Source of the DNA: Callorhinchus milii
Taxonomy: Eukaryota
Assembly (NCBI RefSeq): GCF_018977255.1
Contig: NW_024704743.1
Coordinates: 80,478,001-80,542,000 of the forward strand
Reading direction: 5' to 3'
Length of the DNA stretch: 64,000 nt
Part shown: positions 48,983 through 61,015 of the stretch, in pieces
Position numbering within the stretch: position 1 is the stretch's first letter
How the letters are laid out: each line of letters starts with the position of its first letter
Notes under the pieces: model-generated
What the model was told of the DNA's origin: nothing
Databases searched by the model: none
What the model saw: the letters and a program-made list of their open reading frames with translations, nothing else
Position numbers and translations under genes: made by a program

Positions 48983-50388
48983 CCATTCCATCTAACGTTA
49001 GACAGTGAAGGCTCTTAAACTCGACCACATCATTCATCAATTTCCAGCAGGGTTCGCTAGACAGCAAGCCAGATTGGGAAGTCTGACTATTTCCATCCCC
49101 CAACCCCTAACCTAAGGATTTCTAACACATTTTAGTACTGCTGACCTGGTTTAGATCAGGTCAGCACAAACCAAGACTTTATTTCTCTCATGTGGTGTCC
49201 CTCAGGGCTCTGTCCTTGGTCCCCTCCTCTTCACCCTCTATATGCTCCCCTTTGGTGACATCATCCGCAGACATGGAGTTAACTTCCACATGTATGCGGA
49301 TGACACCCAACTCTACCTTTCCTCCTCTACTCTCAACTCCACGACCACCGATGTCCTGACAGCCTGCCTGTCCGACATCGAGTCCTGGACGAGTGACAAC
49401 TTTCTTCAGCTCAACGTGCGCAAAACCGAGGCCCTCCTGATTGGCTCACGTCAGCGCCTCCGCACCTCAGGCGCCGACACCATCAGCATCCAAGGCTGCA
49501 CTCTCCACCTCTCAAAGCCAGTCAGGAACCTCGGGGTTCTGTTCGACCCTGAGCTGTCCTTTCTCCCTCACATCCGCACCACAACTGGCACCGCCTTCCA
49601 TCACCTCCGGAACATCGCCAGACTACGGCATTACCTCACCCCTCACGCTGCTGAAACCCTGGTTCACGCCTTTGTCACCTCAAGGCTGGACTATGGGAAC
49701 TCTCTCCTCGCCGGCCTTCCCGCCACCTCCCTCCACAAGCTGCAGGTCATTCAGAACTCTGCAGCTCGTGTACTGTCCCGCACCAGGCTTCGGGACCACA
49801 TCACTCCCACCCTCGCTCGCCTCCACTGGCTCCCCATCCCCCAGAGGATTGATTTCAAGATCCTCATCCTCACCTACAAGGCCATTCACGGCCTTGCTCC
49901 CTCCTACCTCTCCAACCTACTATCCCCCTACCTACCTGCCCGTACCCTCCGTTCCTCCGGCTCCGGTCTGCTCCACATCCCCCGCCCCAACCGCCCTACC
50001 ATCGGTGGTCGGGCCTTCAGCCTCTCAGCCCCAGGCTCTGGAACTCCATCCCCCAGTGCCTTCGCCTTGCTTCCTCCCTTTCCTCCTTCAAGGCCGGTCT
50101 CAAAACCTTTCTCTTTGACCGTGCCTTCAGCTCCCCTCTCGACTCTCTTCCCCCTCCTCGCTCCCTCCCTTCCCTCCCCTCACCCTGACCATTTCCCCCC
50201 TCCTTGCTCCCTCCCTTCCCTCCCCTCACCCTGACCATTTCCCCCCTGCTCGGGTCATGACCCAACTGTGCAGCGCCTTGGGACGTCCTCCTGACGTGAA
50301 AGGCGCTTTATAAATGGAATCTTGTTGTTGTTGTTGTTGTTCTCTGTATTGCTCAGAATCATAGGGTGCATGGTATCTACCCACTGAG
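48983..50388 (-). mobile_element. AmnSINE2-like ancient SINE split by the young L2 (parts about 48983-49182 and 50346-50388)
   Basis: Minus-strand head GACTCAGTGGGTAGA..CTGAGCAATACAGA, continuing TGGTTTGTGCTGA.CTGATCT..CAGCAGTA, GCTGTCTAGCGAACCCTGCTGGAAA, CACTGTCTA; order matches the recalled AmnSINE2 consensus. Confidence 0.55.
49186..50341 (+). mobile_element. Young 5'-truncated L2 copy
   Basis: About 98 percent identical by eye to about 32767-33953; TSD TTCTCT (49183-49188 and 50340-50345) with 5' microhomology; one frameshift near 50032. Confidence 0.97.
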
Positions 50389-50492
50389 TCAGGTTGGGTT
50401 CATTTGGTGCATCAAGTACAATCCTAGGTCAGTACAAAACCCTTCTTCAGGGGATTATCTGATAAAATTTACAGTGGTCCATAACACATTCT

Positions 50493-50732
50493 GGGGTAGA
50501 AATTGGTTTTAGGTCCAGATGTATTCTATAAACATAGCATTTCAAGGTATGCAGAATTTGGCAAATTGTTGAATTTATATTTGACTTCAAAGCCCGTTTT
50601 CTGTACTTTCGTAAAAGGATTTACAGAAAATTGGCTTCAAAATTAAAGATTGTATTTGAGATGTTGACAAATTCTGAATGCTCTGAAATGCTGTGTTAAG
50701 AGCAAATTTAGACCCAGGTGGAACTTTACCCC
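50493..50732. mobile_element. Palindromic MITE
   Basis: GGGGTAGAAATT ... TTTAGACCCAGGTGGAACTTTACCCC; colinear with 36341-36580. Confidence 0.8.
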
Positions 50733-50809
50733 ATATGTGTGTTAATTAAAACAAGCAAGGCATTAAGGAATCCCACAAATTTATTTCATGATAAACTAAC
50801 ATTTAACCT

Positions 50810-51430
50810 GAGTAATGCTGAGTAGTGCAGTACTGGGGAGCCCCATATTATTCCAGGTGTTGTCGTTGGTATGAGATATTAAACCAAGGTCCCATTTGTC
50901 TGTGGCTGTTAAAGATCCTACAACACTATTCAAAAAGAGAAAGGAGTATCTCTTGGTGTTCTGGTCAACAATCCCCCAGATAAAATTGACTATCAACAGC
51001 CGAGCCTTCAGCCTCTCTGCCCCCACCCTATGGAAGTCCATTCCACATTCCCTTCGCTTCGCTCCCTCCCGTGACTCCTTTGAGACATGTCAGAAACCCT
51101 CCTCTTCAACCGAGCCTTCGGCCACCCTCCTATCCTCCCTGCCCTCCACCCTCCCTGACCCCAACCCCTAGCTAGGGTCCAAATACCTTACTGTCCAGCA
51201 ACCTGGGACATCCGCCCGACATAAAAGGCACTATACAAATGTAATTTTTTATTGTACTGTATGATTCACTTCATGGCTGCTTGTAAAAACATTGATGTGT
51301 GCAAATTGACAACCACATTTTACTACAAACACCCAGTTATTACACTTAGGTCACTTATGCTTCCTCGTGAAGTACTTTGAGTTATTTTAACATTTTAGGA
51401 GTTAAATCAGATTTAAGGATTATTATTATT
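50810..51430 (+). mobile_element. SacSINE1-like SINE interrupted by an L2 3' fragment (about 50990-51255)
   Basis: SINE body breaks after AATCCCCCAGATAAAATTG and resumes at ATTCACTTCATGGCTG; the insert encodes [15 protein letters not shown] plus tail. Confidence 0.85.
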
Positions 51431-52752
51431 ATGTTTTAATCCATCAAGATATTCATTGACGTATTTAGCAGTTGGGCTTTGGGCAGACTGGCCATTTAAG
51501 GGATCCAGAGAGCTGCACACATTTAACTTTGAGCTCATCCTCCCTGCAGCCGGTTTCCTTGATTAATGCATATCCAACTCGCAGTCTGCTCCTGGGTCTC
51601 ACACAATGAGCAGGGAAACCTTTCATGCTGCATACCTGGAAACTCAAATCAACAGAAGAGAACTTGGACACTCGTCATTAAGTTCCATTCTTAACAGGTT
51701 AAGACATGGGGAACTGCTTCACTTGAAAAGACCTGAAAATGGTTAAACAGCCCTTTGTCCTATGTTGCCACAGTCCCAAAGAAATTCTAACTGTTGATGC
51801 TAACCAGATGTTTGTCACTCTGACCTGCAAGCTCCTACAAAATCTACTGTTAGGTGATATAAGTTGCAGTGTGTGAGCTCTGTATTTACACTGCCCAACA
51901 CTGTAAGTAGTGCAGGTTTCACCCTCCGTTGATATCATACATTACACATAAATTACTCATATCTCTTCATAAGGGAGTGTCTGCATACTTTGGGCAATCA
52001 CCTATGTAGGTTTAAAGGCTTATTTATTCATGTTTTCATAAATTCTGATTGATCTCACTGAGCCAACACAACATCCTGTAGCTAGTCTTGGAACAGTTCC
52101 ACTTGACTTCAGAAAAAAAGCTGCCAAAGGATGACAGCCATCTGGTAGCACAAGAACGTTAGCAGCCTGCTGGCTTCATCTTCCAGTAAACTCCACCTAC
52201 TACCTCCTCCTTCTGTGGCTTCCCTGAATGACAGGGGTGAACTGATTAGGCAATCACTTGGTGCGGATATTTACAGTAATGTACAAACATTCCTGAAACA
52301 TTCAAAAGTCCCTCTTTCCTGCATTTGTTTGAAAATGATTAAGCCTCTTCTGAATTCATGGAGGGTTCATGGAGTCATTCAAATACATTATTCGTGACAC
52401 TGGAAGGTATGGTTAAACTCTCCCATCCACCCCTTCTTTTTTGCTTTATTGACCGAAGCATGTGGGTAGAATCTTTTTCAAACCGTACCGATGAGGATTC
52501 CAATCGTGGATTGAGAAATGTTTTTCTTTAATCCTATAAATGAACAACCTTGGAACGGCCTCCTGACAGGATTGCATCAACACTCGCCTCAAAGTCCACA
52601 GCTGCCTGCCTCTGGCTCCAAAGCTACATCCTTCACATGCAAAATCTTTGGATCTTTAGACCAGCCAAATTTATAAGCAATTATGCCAGATTTTAGTCCA
52701 TTCCTAGCTTTGCCCCATTATTCTTTTTCACCTTGTCCCCAGAATACATTAA

Positions 52753-53060
52753 GAGTCCTGTAGCTCAGTAGTTAGAGCACTCACCTCACAAGCGAGAGAC
52801 CTGGGTTTGATTCCCGGCAGGGCAAAACCTTGGGCAAGTTTCCTTACTCCACACGCCTGATAATAATCCCTCAAGAAAAAAAAAGAATAATAATTTGGTC
52901 ACTTAATCCACGACTGTTTGTGGGACACTGCTGTGTGCATTTAGCTGCCAGATTTCGCCCACAAAATATACAGTCAATTCACTTTACAGTATATTCTGTG
53001 AAGTGCTTTGAGACATCTAGAAGATGTGAAAAGTGCTATATCAAATGCAGGGATTATTAT
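52753..53060 (+). mobile_element. Full-length tRNA-derived Deu-SINE (short subfamily)
   Basis: GAGTCCTGTAGCTCAGTAGTTAGAGC head through the tail; colinear with 3362-3683. Confidence 0.93.
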
Positions 53061-54539
53061 ACCCCACTTCTCATCTTATCCTCATTTATCTCCCATTTTC
53101 ATTCCTCTCTCTGGCGTGTTCCACATTTTGGCTGCACTTCAACAACAACAGCAACAACAACTTGCACTTATATAGCGCCCTCCACACAGGGTAGCATCTC
53201 AGAGCGCTTCACTTACTCCCTTACATTCACTCCTCAAGCGGAAGTGGGATTGTCACAGGAAATGTTAGTACCTTGTTCAGTAGTTCCTTGTGAAATTTAA
53301 GATGTCACATTTACAACCTAAACAAAAGGTTTTTGTAACCTGAATAAATCTGAAGGTCACAAGCTGTGTTGGTTGTGAGCACCCAGAACCTGCTCTTGTT
53401 GAGTGAAAGCAGCAGTCCTGATATGAGATAAGAAATGTATTTTGTGACAGTGCAAACGGTGCCAAGCGATGAGTTTCTTAGATCCAACCAGTTAATCTGT
53501 ATTGTTGGAGACTTGTTGCCATGGACAAGCTGATCATTTGTAAGTGTTGTGATAGGTTAAGACTTACTTCACCTAATTGTGCAAAATGACGCAATTTGTG
53601 ACTTATAGACAATCCGCTTTATTCTAATGCAAACCTCAGGTCTTTTAAGTGGTTTGGACTGGACCACTGGATATCTGAAAACAACAATACATTTTTTAAA
53701 GTACAATTCACATTTGTGTTCCTCTAAACTACCCCAAATGATGACAACTAGTAATTTATATAATTAATATATGGAATTTCTAGCATACTAAGTCATAACA
53801 GGTAAATACATCTTTCTTAAGGCATTCCTGTGTACGATACAAACGCAAACCACAGCAATGGACAATGGAAGACAGAGGGCCTTAACTATTTAGGAAGAGA
53901 GCTTTAATGTTCCCAGATTAGGTAATCTTTGCAATTTTTTAAAAAAGCCTTCCTTGTATTATTTGATGCTGACTCTAAATAAACAACCACTAGGTGACAG
54001 CACTCGCTCCTGGTAAGTGGCTCTGCCTTCTTCAGAACTGGGTTGGTGCCTTTTTTTAAAAAGAGACCACTCAGGGAGGTATGCCTGCTCCAGGTATTCA
54101 CTGCACAAGAATGTAGCAATAAACCCAGCTGGTTTGGGAATAGATTGCTTGTGCAATGTCCCAACTTTTTCTTTCTCAATGCCAACCATCTTTCTTGATC
54201 CACAAAAACAAACTTTGATGAAATTACTGTTGTTAAATCAGTTGTTACAACAGGCTTATTGCCTGAACACTGATCTCTCTTTCATAAACACACATACACA
54301 GGAACTTTCAACAAAATGGATAAAACTGTGATGAAACTTCCGTCGTCACATGGAGCATTGCCCTACAAAGTCTCTCGGTTGGTGGGAGGAGGGGAAAACT
54401 CCACCTGGATGTAGATTTACTCAATGTTCTTTGTATTTCAAAGCATGCAGAATTAGACAAATTGTTGAGTTCAGTTTTAATTTTGAAGCCAATTTACTAT
54501 TCCTAAAAGAAAAACTTCTTGTCATCCTTGCAAACTTGG

Positions 54540-55240
54540 CAGCCACCTCACCTCCGAGTCAGAAAGTTGTGAGCACAGTCACCTCGTCGGGACTTTGAAC
54601 TCACAAAATCTAATCATAATGATCCTTGCATTTGATACAGCACCTTATCACATCGTTGAGATGTCTCAAAGCGCTTTACAGACTATGTATTTTGTTAGCG
54701 AAACGCGACAGCCAATTGCACACAACAGTGTTTGACAAACAGTCATGGATTGTTGCCCCTGGAAAGCGATCCACCAATTGACTCACGACCGGGTTCCTAA
54801 TTATTGCTAGGGAAACAGGGGTCGGTGTCAGGAAATTTGCCAAAGGTTTCCCTTTGCCCGGGAATCAAACCCGGGTCCTACCAATTGTGAGGTGAGCATG
54901 CTAACCACAATGCTGCAGAACTCCATAGGCTGACACTCCAATACAATGCAGACATTGTGCTGCTTTCTCAGCCTTCAGTTGGAACATTCAGGATGGATAA
55001 GATCCCATCTGTCTGTTCAGGTGAAAGTGAAAGCTCCCAAGATCCTTGTCAAAAAGAAAATAAAGTTTCTCCCAGTGTCCTGGCGAACAGTCCCCCAAAT
55101 GGCTTCCTGGCTCTTTTGTAGGACATTGCTATGTGCAAATTGACTGCCACATTGGCCTGCATTTACTGTAAAGTCATTCCACTTTACAGTATATCCTGTG
55201 AAGCACTTTGAGGAGTCTTCCCAAAGTGAAAGACTCTACA
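54540..55240 (+). mobile_element. SacSINE1-like SINE interrupted by a minus-strand long-subfamily tRNA Deu-SINE (about 54615-54925)
   Basis: Host reads ...GACTTTGAACTCACAAAATCTA [insert] TAGGCTGACACTCCA; the insert has head, Deu motif and tail in reverse. Confidence 0.85.
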
Positions 55241-55489
55241 GTAAAACTCAAATAAGTCATATCAGTTGGGATCATAACATTTAATATGAATTACGCAATG
55301 TATGAGTTACAGGCAAATTGGTATAAGTCAGATTTTATATGACTAATAGTAACGGTAAACAAGGACCTCATTTTCCATACTTGTTTCAAGGGAATACACT
55401 GTACTGTACTGCGCATGGAGTACTTCACCACTGCAGCTGATAAGTGCGCATGAAGTGACGGGTCAAGATATAGGTTCCCTCATTTGTTT

Positions 55490-55893
55490 CAACAACAACA
55501 AGACTACATTTGTATAGCGCCTTTCACGTCGAGAGGCAGTCCCAAAGTGCTGAACAGTGTACAGCATTTCAGACCCGAGCTGGGGTTGGGGGAGGGGGAA
55601 GGGAGGGGAAGGGGGTTGGCCAATGGCATGGTCGAAGAGGAGGGTATTGAGGCGGGACTTGAAGGAGGCTAAGGAGGGGGCGAGGCGGAGTGATTGGGGG
55701 ATGAAATTCCAGAGGTTGGGGGCAGAGTGGCTGAAGGCTCTCCCACCAATGGTGGGGTGGGTGGGTCGGGGGTCATGGAGCAGGCCAGAGCCGGCTGAGC
55801 AGAGGGAACGGGTGGGTTGGTAGGGGTTTAGGAGGTCGCAGAGGTAGGGTGAGACGAGGCCATGGAGGGCTTTGTAGGTGGAAACCAGGATCT
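55490..55893 (-). mobile_element. L2 3' fragment
   Basis: Minus-strand TYKALHGLVSPYL..GGRAFSHSAPNLWNFIP plus stem-loop and (TTG)n. Confidence 0.93.
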
Positions 55894-56329
55894 CAAGAGG
55901 AACACTGCGCATGTATACTTCAATGCAGCCAGTAAGTGTGACGGTAGCGATATTATGAAATAGGAGATAAGTTGGAAAATGAGTAAGGAGTTAACTCAGA
56001 ACTCATTTGCCTGTGAGATCAGCAAGATAAAAATAACATAAAGCATTTTTTTTCTCCACTCCCCAAAATTTCTGAGACTTTTCTAAGAAGACAACACCCT
56101 TTAATTTGATACATAACAATTTGTAAATCAGACACAATCGAGAGTTATGCAAATAAGAATTTAATTTGTCTTACCCAGAGTCGACTCCAAAAAAACAAGA
56201 ATATTATGATATTGCAAAGTTGCCAATCAGACCATGAAGGGCTAAAGTCTACAGGTTCGACACTCATCTTAGGAACTAAATTTGGTATTAAAAGTGCATG
56301 TGTGAATAGCCCTCAAAATTGCACAAGAT

Positions 56330-56530
56330 CAAAGAGACGTTTGGTGAAGAAGACCCTTCAGCCAATTTGATCTCATCCTTCTGTGGAACATTCTTTCCAG
56401 AATACTTACCCAACTGTGGTTCCATCGCAGCCTCAAGCTATTTCTTAAATGAACCCAGTTTCCTGGCCTCAACCACCCTTCCTGGCAACCTATTCAAGTT
56501 GTTAATTACTTTCTGTATAAAGAAGTAGGA
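56330..56530 (-). mobile_element. CR1 3' fragment
   Basis: Minus-strand YFFIQKVINNLNRLPGRVVEARKLGSFKK. Confidence 0.82.
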
Positions 56531-57806
56531 AATATGAAAGGAATGCAAGGAATGTGAAAAATCCTGGAGCCTATTATGGGAGATGAGGTAAAGCACTAGG
56601 GTGAAAATTGTGATGTATAGGAACATAGGAAACAGGTTGTTCATTTGAACTGATGGTGATCAACACATTGTTGCAAAAAGGGTTCAGTCAATGTGTTATT
56701 TGCAAATGACAAATTTCAGGATTGGACCATCCAATTAAGTTAACACCTTAACTCTGAATTATTTTTGTTGAGTTAAGCAGTTATCCCCCTGAAAACCCAA
56801 TGTCCATCGACCAACACCAGCTTCTTGTGAAACTGTGGTGAACGACCTCAGAGGTGAGCGTGCACCTCCAGCATGATAATTAATAATTAATAAGTGACCA
56901 GTCGTCAATTAATATATTCACTGGTCATTTTTTCCAACAATGTATTCATAATAGTAATAATATTATGGTTTTAATTAGAACTGCCACAATTTTCACCGCT
57001 TTATCTTCTGAAAACTGGTGTCTGCATTACTGCTCACTGGAGTGAATTTGATCGCCAGTGAATAATATCTCCCAGAGACCTTTCGAAGGGTAGAAAACAG
57101 CACCAATTTTCACCCTGGTGAATTCTCAATGTATTTGTTTAGACTTGGGAATGAGGTGTAATGAGAACGGAAAAGGCTACCGTATTTTGTTTGAGTGAGG
57201 AGAAATCCTTCGTTCCACATTTCGACATTCGGAATATAGTTTGCAAGTCTGCGGGTTGTAAGATGCCAAATACTTGTGCAACTGGAAAGCAGAAGTTTTG
57301 TGTTGAGGAATTGCTCCTCGATGTACCATGTAACTGCAATTTTTCCACCTGACACAAAAAAGGCCGAATTAATGGACCAACCTACTCTGCTAAGTATAGT
57401 GACTTGAAATACTTTTTTATTTCATATGAATGTTTAATTTCATACAACGTTATTTATTTCATATCAAATATGAATATTTCAATATTCATCCTAATGTGAA
57501 AGGCGTATATAAGCTGCAAATTGTTGTGCTGTATGAAGACTAGAGAGAAGCCATGGAGATTTCCTCAACAATGGCTTACATCAAGGGATGACTCATTGAG
57601 CATATTGCAATCTATTGAAAAAGACCTGAGGTTTGTCATGTAAGTGAACAATTAAACAACAATTATGGGTGTCCAAATATATCCCCTATTATATGGGAAA
57701 TAAAACATTCCTACTTTAGTTCACTGCTATTAATATTTCCCATTCACAATTTCTAAGATATTTCCCACTCTTGTTCACAAAGTTTCTCCCGCACCATTAT
57801 CTTGGT

Positions 57807-58430
57807 GTGTCAGGCTGCCTCAGTGAATTAGAAATCTGTGAGTTCAAGCCTCACATCGGGACTGGGAACTCATATAGTATAGCCTGACACTTCAATGCAG
57901 TGCCGGGGATGTGCTGCATTGTAAGAGGTGCCGTCTCGGTTGAGACGTTAAACCAAGTGCCCAACTGCTATTCATTAAAGATCCTGTGGCACTATTTGAA
58001 AAGAGAAGGGAGTTTCTCCCGGTGTCCTGGCCAACAATTTCCCAAATAAAATTTGTCACTCACTGCATGGTTGTTCGCAGGACATTGCTGTGCATAAATT
58101 GGTTGCTGCATTTTCCCACAAGACACAGTGACTGTACTATACAGTAAATCCTGTGAAGCACTTTGGGACATCCTCTTGACGTGAAAGATGCTACAACAAC
58201 AATTTGCATTTATATAGTGTGCTTCACGCAGGGTAACATCTTGAAGTGCTCAAAAGTGTTTGAGCTTGATGCTGAGCCAAGAAGAAAGGGGAGGTGATCA
58301 TAGACACAGTTGAAGTGGAAGACCTTCAGATGTGATCTGGAGACTATAAAGAGGGGGCAAGGCAGAGGGATTGAGGCAGAGATTTCCAAAATCTAGGGGC
58401 AAAAAAAAAATTCAAGGATTATTATTATTC
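57807..58430 (+). mobile_element. SacSINE1-like SINE whose tail is interrupted by an inverted L2 tail (about 58193-58400)
   Basis: SINE body runs to GACGTGAAAGATGCTA, then reverse L2 tail, then CAAGGATTATTATT. Confidence 0.85.
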
Positions 58431-58438
58431 ATTATCAC

Positions 58439-58671
58439 TGGACCAAAATTCCACCTGTGTCTTACAATCTAAAATTGTGCAATTCTTAAACTTAGTTTTA
58501 ATTTGGAAGCTGTTTTTCTGCAGTCATTAAGTACTTGCTTTCAAAATTAAGGCTGAATGTAACAAACCTACACAATTCTGTGCAAGCTTAAATGGACTTA
58601 CATATCAACTTAAATATCAGGCTACGACTGATATATTTGCTTCATTTGGCCCCAAGGTGGAATTTTAGGCC
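58439..58671. mobile_element. Palindromic MITE
   Basis: GGACCAAAATTCCACCTG ... CAAGGTGGAATTTTAGGCC. Confidence 0.75.
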
Positions 58672-59444
58672 TCCCATAGGTAAATGTGCTTAAGCCTTTA
58701 TTTAACCTGGTCACTACTGTTGGAAAGCGGTGGCTCAAAGTAGAACTACCAGTTCAACCTCTCTCAGACACTTTAGAAAGCCATTTTCTGTGTGGATAGT
58801 TGTACCCACAAGCCCACATCCTACTAGTCTTCCTACCATTTTGTCGCAAGGTCCATTGACATATCATTTGCACCTTCAGATAAACATCAATTAACAATCC
58901 CACAACAACTTAACATCGGGTAGCAGAATGGTTTGTCACACAGGAAAAACAAGATTTATTTCCCTCCAAACAGGGAACTGCAACTGAAGTCTATTCTCCA
59001 GTGCCAGTCCTCAAAGTTTTCCCATACCTGTCTCCAAAATGAAATCCAAACGCTAATGATTCAGATTCAGTACAATGGTCCAAGAGGAATCATTGTTGTC
59101 ACCAGAGCCTTAAAACAGATCTTCCAGGATCCCACAGTCCAGTAGAGTTAAGTAGAATGTAACATGAAGCAAAGGCAAGGCAGATTTTATTGTTACAAAG
59201 GATAACCACAGTTCCACATGCAATAAAATCTCATCTTCAAACTGAGCAAAGTGCATTCAGGAAATTGACATGGTGCCTGGGCCGTTTCACTGAATTGCTT
59301 TCTACCAGCACTTTGCTGATTCATCAGTATCCAGGACTTCATGCAGTAAATATGTTTTTTAGGGTGATAAAATAATATGAATAATTGAGCCTGCTATTAT
59401 AATTTCATTGTCTGCGCTGCAATCTTTTCTATACTAGTCAGTAC

Positions 59445-59660
59445 AAGAAATTTTGAATAAGGGCACTTTGCCCCATTTGATCTCATCTATCCACCCTACC
59501 ATTTTCCTATGACAGCATCCCATAACATTGTCTCTCCTTCGACCACCCTTCCTGTTAACCCACCCCAGCTGTTGATTATCATCTGTGTAAATAAGCACTT
59601 CCTGTTTTCTGTTCTAAGATTGCCCTTCACAACCTGAACTTGTGCTCTCTTGTCCAAGTA
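59445..59660 (-). mobile_element. CR1 3' fragment
   Basis: Minus-strand KGNLRTENRKCLFTQMIINSWGGLTGRVVE. Confidence 0.8.
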
Positions 59661-59669
59661 CAAACCAAG

Positions 59670-59878
59670 CACGGATTGGGAAATGGATCCATTCACCAAA
59701 CACGTGCACGATCCTGACCTCTCCACTTCAACTTTCCTCTCGCTCTAACACTGATCTTTTTAACATTGGTCTCATACACTGCTCTAGGAAAGCTGAATAC
59801 AAATTACAGGAACAGAATCTCATTTCTTCCTGGGCACATTCATTACTCTGGTCTGAACACTGACTTCAAACATCTTAC
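59670..59878 (+). mobile_element. Penelope-like element, remnant of the GIY-YIG endonuclease C-terminus
   Basis: SRSNTDLFNIGLIHCSRKAEYKLQEQNLI followed by frameshifted LGT..SGLNTDF, matching the recalled RKLEEQHLIFRLGT..P.GLN motif of Penelope endonucleases. Confidence 0.7.
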
Positions 59879-60221
59879 ATCTTAGCTGCCTCCCCCATTA
59901 TCTATCAGATTCCAGTGTCTCACTGGGGACTATGACTACCAATCAATAAAATTAGTTGTTATTTCTTATTCTAAAGATATAAAAGTTCACTATATTTAGC
60001 AGTCAATCTGTGATACACCTCATCTTCCTGCTATCCCATTCATCCCATTTCTTTCTTCTCTTTGTCATGCCCACATATCCTATCTGACTCTCATCTGAGA
60101 GTAATCTACAGTCTTTTAATATCTTCTGACATTTTACAATCTATGAATCACCCATAAGCCCTTTGTGTATGTAGTTTGTAGATTTTAATTTTTAAGTTCT
60201 TCCTATCTTATTGTATATGTG

Positions 60222-60550
60222 CGTCAGCCTGACTCAGTTGGTAGCAATCTCACCTCATCAGAGGGGTGTGAGTTTAAGCCACACATTAAGACTTTGAACA
60301 CATAAAACACAGAGACTTTGGTACTATTCAAAAAGAAAAGGGTGTTCTCTCAGTGTTCTGGCCAACAAGTGCCGCAAATTAAAATTGGTCACTCACTTCA
60401 TGGCTGTTTGTGAGATATTGCTGTGTGCAAATTGTCTGCCGTGTTCGCCTACAAAATATAAATGCATTAGACTTCACAGTGAATCCTATAAAGTGCTTTG
60501 AAATGTCTTCCTGATGTGAAAGCCTTATGTCAAATGCAAGGATTATTCTT
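60222..60550 (+). mobile_element. SacSINE1-like SINE with an internal deletion
   Basis: GTCAGCCTGACTCAGTTGGTAGC head, Deu motif, tail. Confidence 0.85.
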
Positions 60551-60749
60551 TTTACATGTAGCTACTTTACAAGATCCCTACTGTAAAAAGAAATCTAAAT
60601 GATGTAATGGGAACTGTGACCAAATAAAAATGATATGAGTTAATTTTGCTGTGTAAATAGCTAAAAAGGACAGTCAGGACAATAAAGTACAAATCCTCAT
60701 TGCTTCAATTGGTGAAGCTACTGCTCAGTGTACAACTGAAAACTACAAA

Positions 60750-60895
60750 GCAGGTTAAAAATTCGGAAGCTGTTTTTCAAAATTCCTACCAGAAAATGGT
60801 TTCCACATTAAGAATGAATTGAAAAATTTTCCACAAGGTTTTGCACAATCTTAAATTTTAAGACAAATTGGTCTTTGCAGGCTTAGATTAAGTGG
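60750..60895. mobile_element. Palindromic MITE core fragment
   Basis: GGAAGCTGTTTTTC..GAAAATGGTTTCC centre and TCTTAAATTTTAAGA, as at 58500-58560 and 16017. Confidence 0.55.
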
Positions 60896-61015
60896 TGTTC
60901 AAGCCAATGTCCCTTAAAAAAGTGGAACTATATATAGAAAGTTTGTTGAATTTGATCTTGAATGTCACTCTGTGAGTCACAGAAAGTGTTACCTTGATCT
61001 TGACCATTGCCTAAA

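Noticed and set aside
51530..51640. FPCSLCE..WIC as a zinc-finger or B-box exon
   Set aside because: The ligand pattern is incomplete and an in-frame stop follows with no convincing donor before it.
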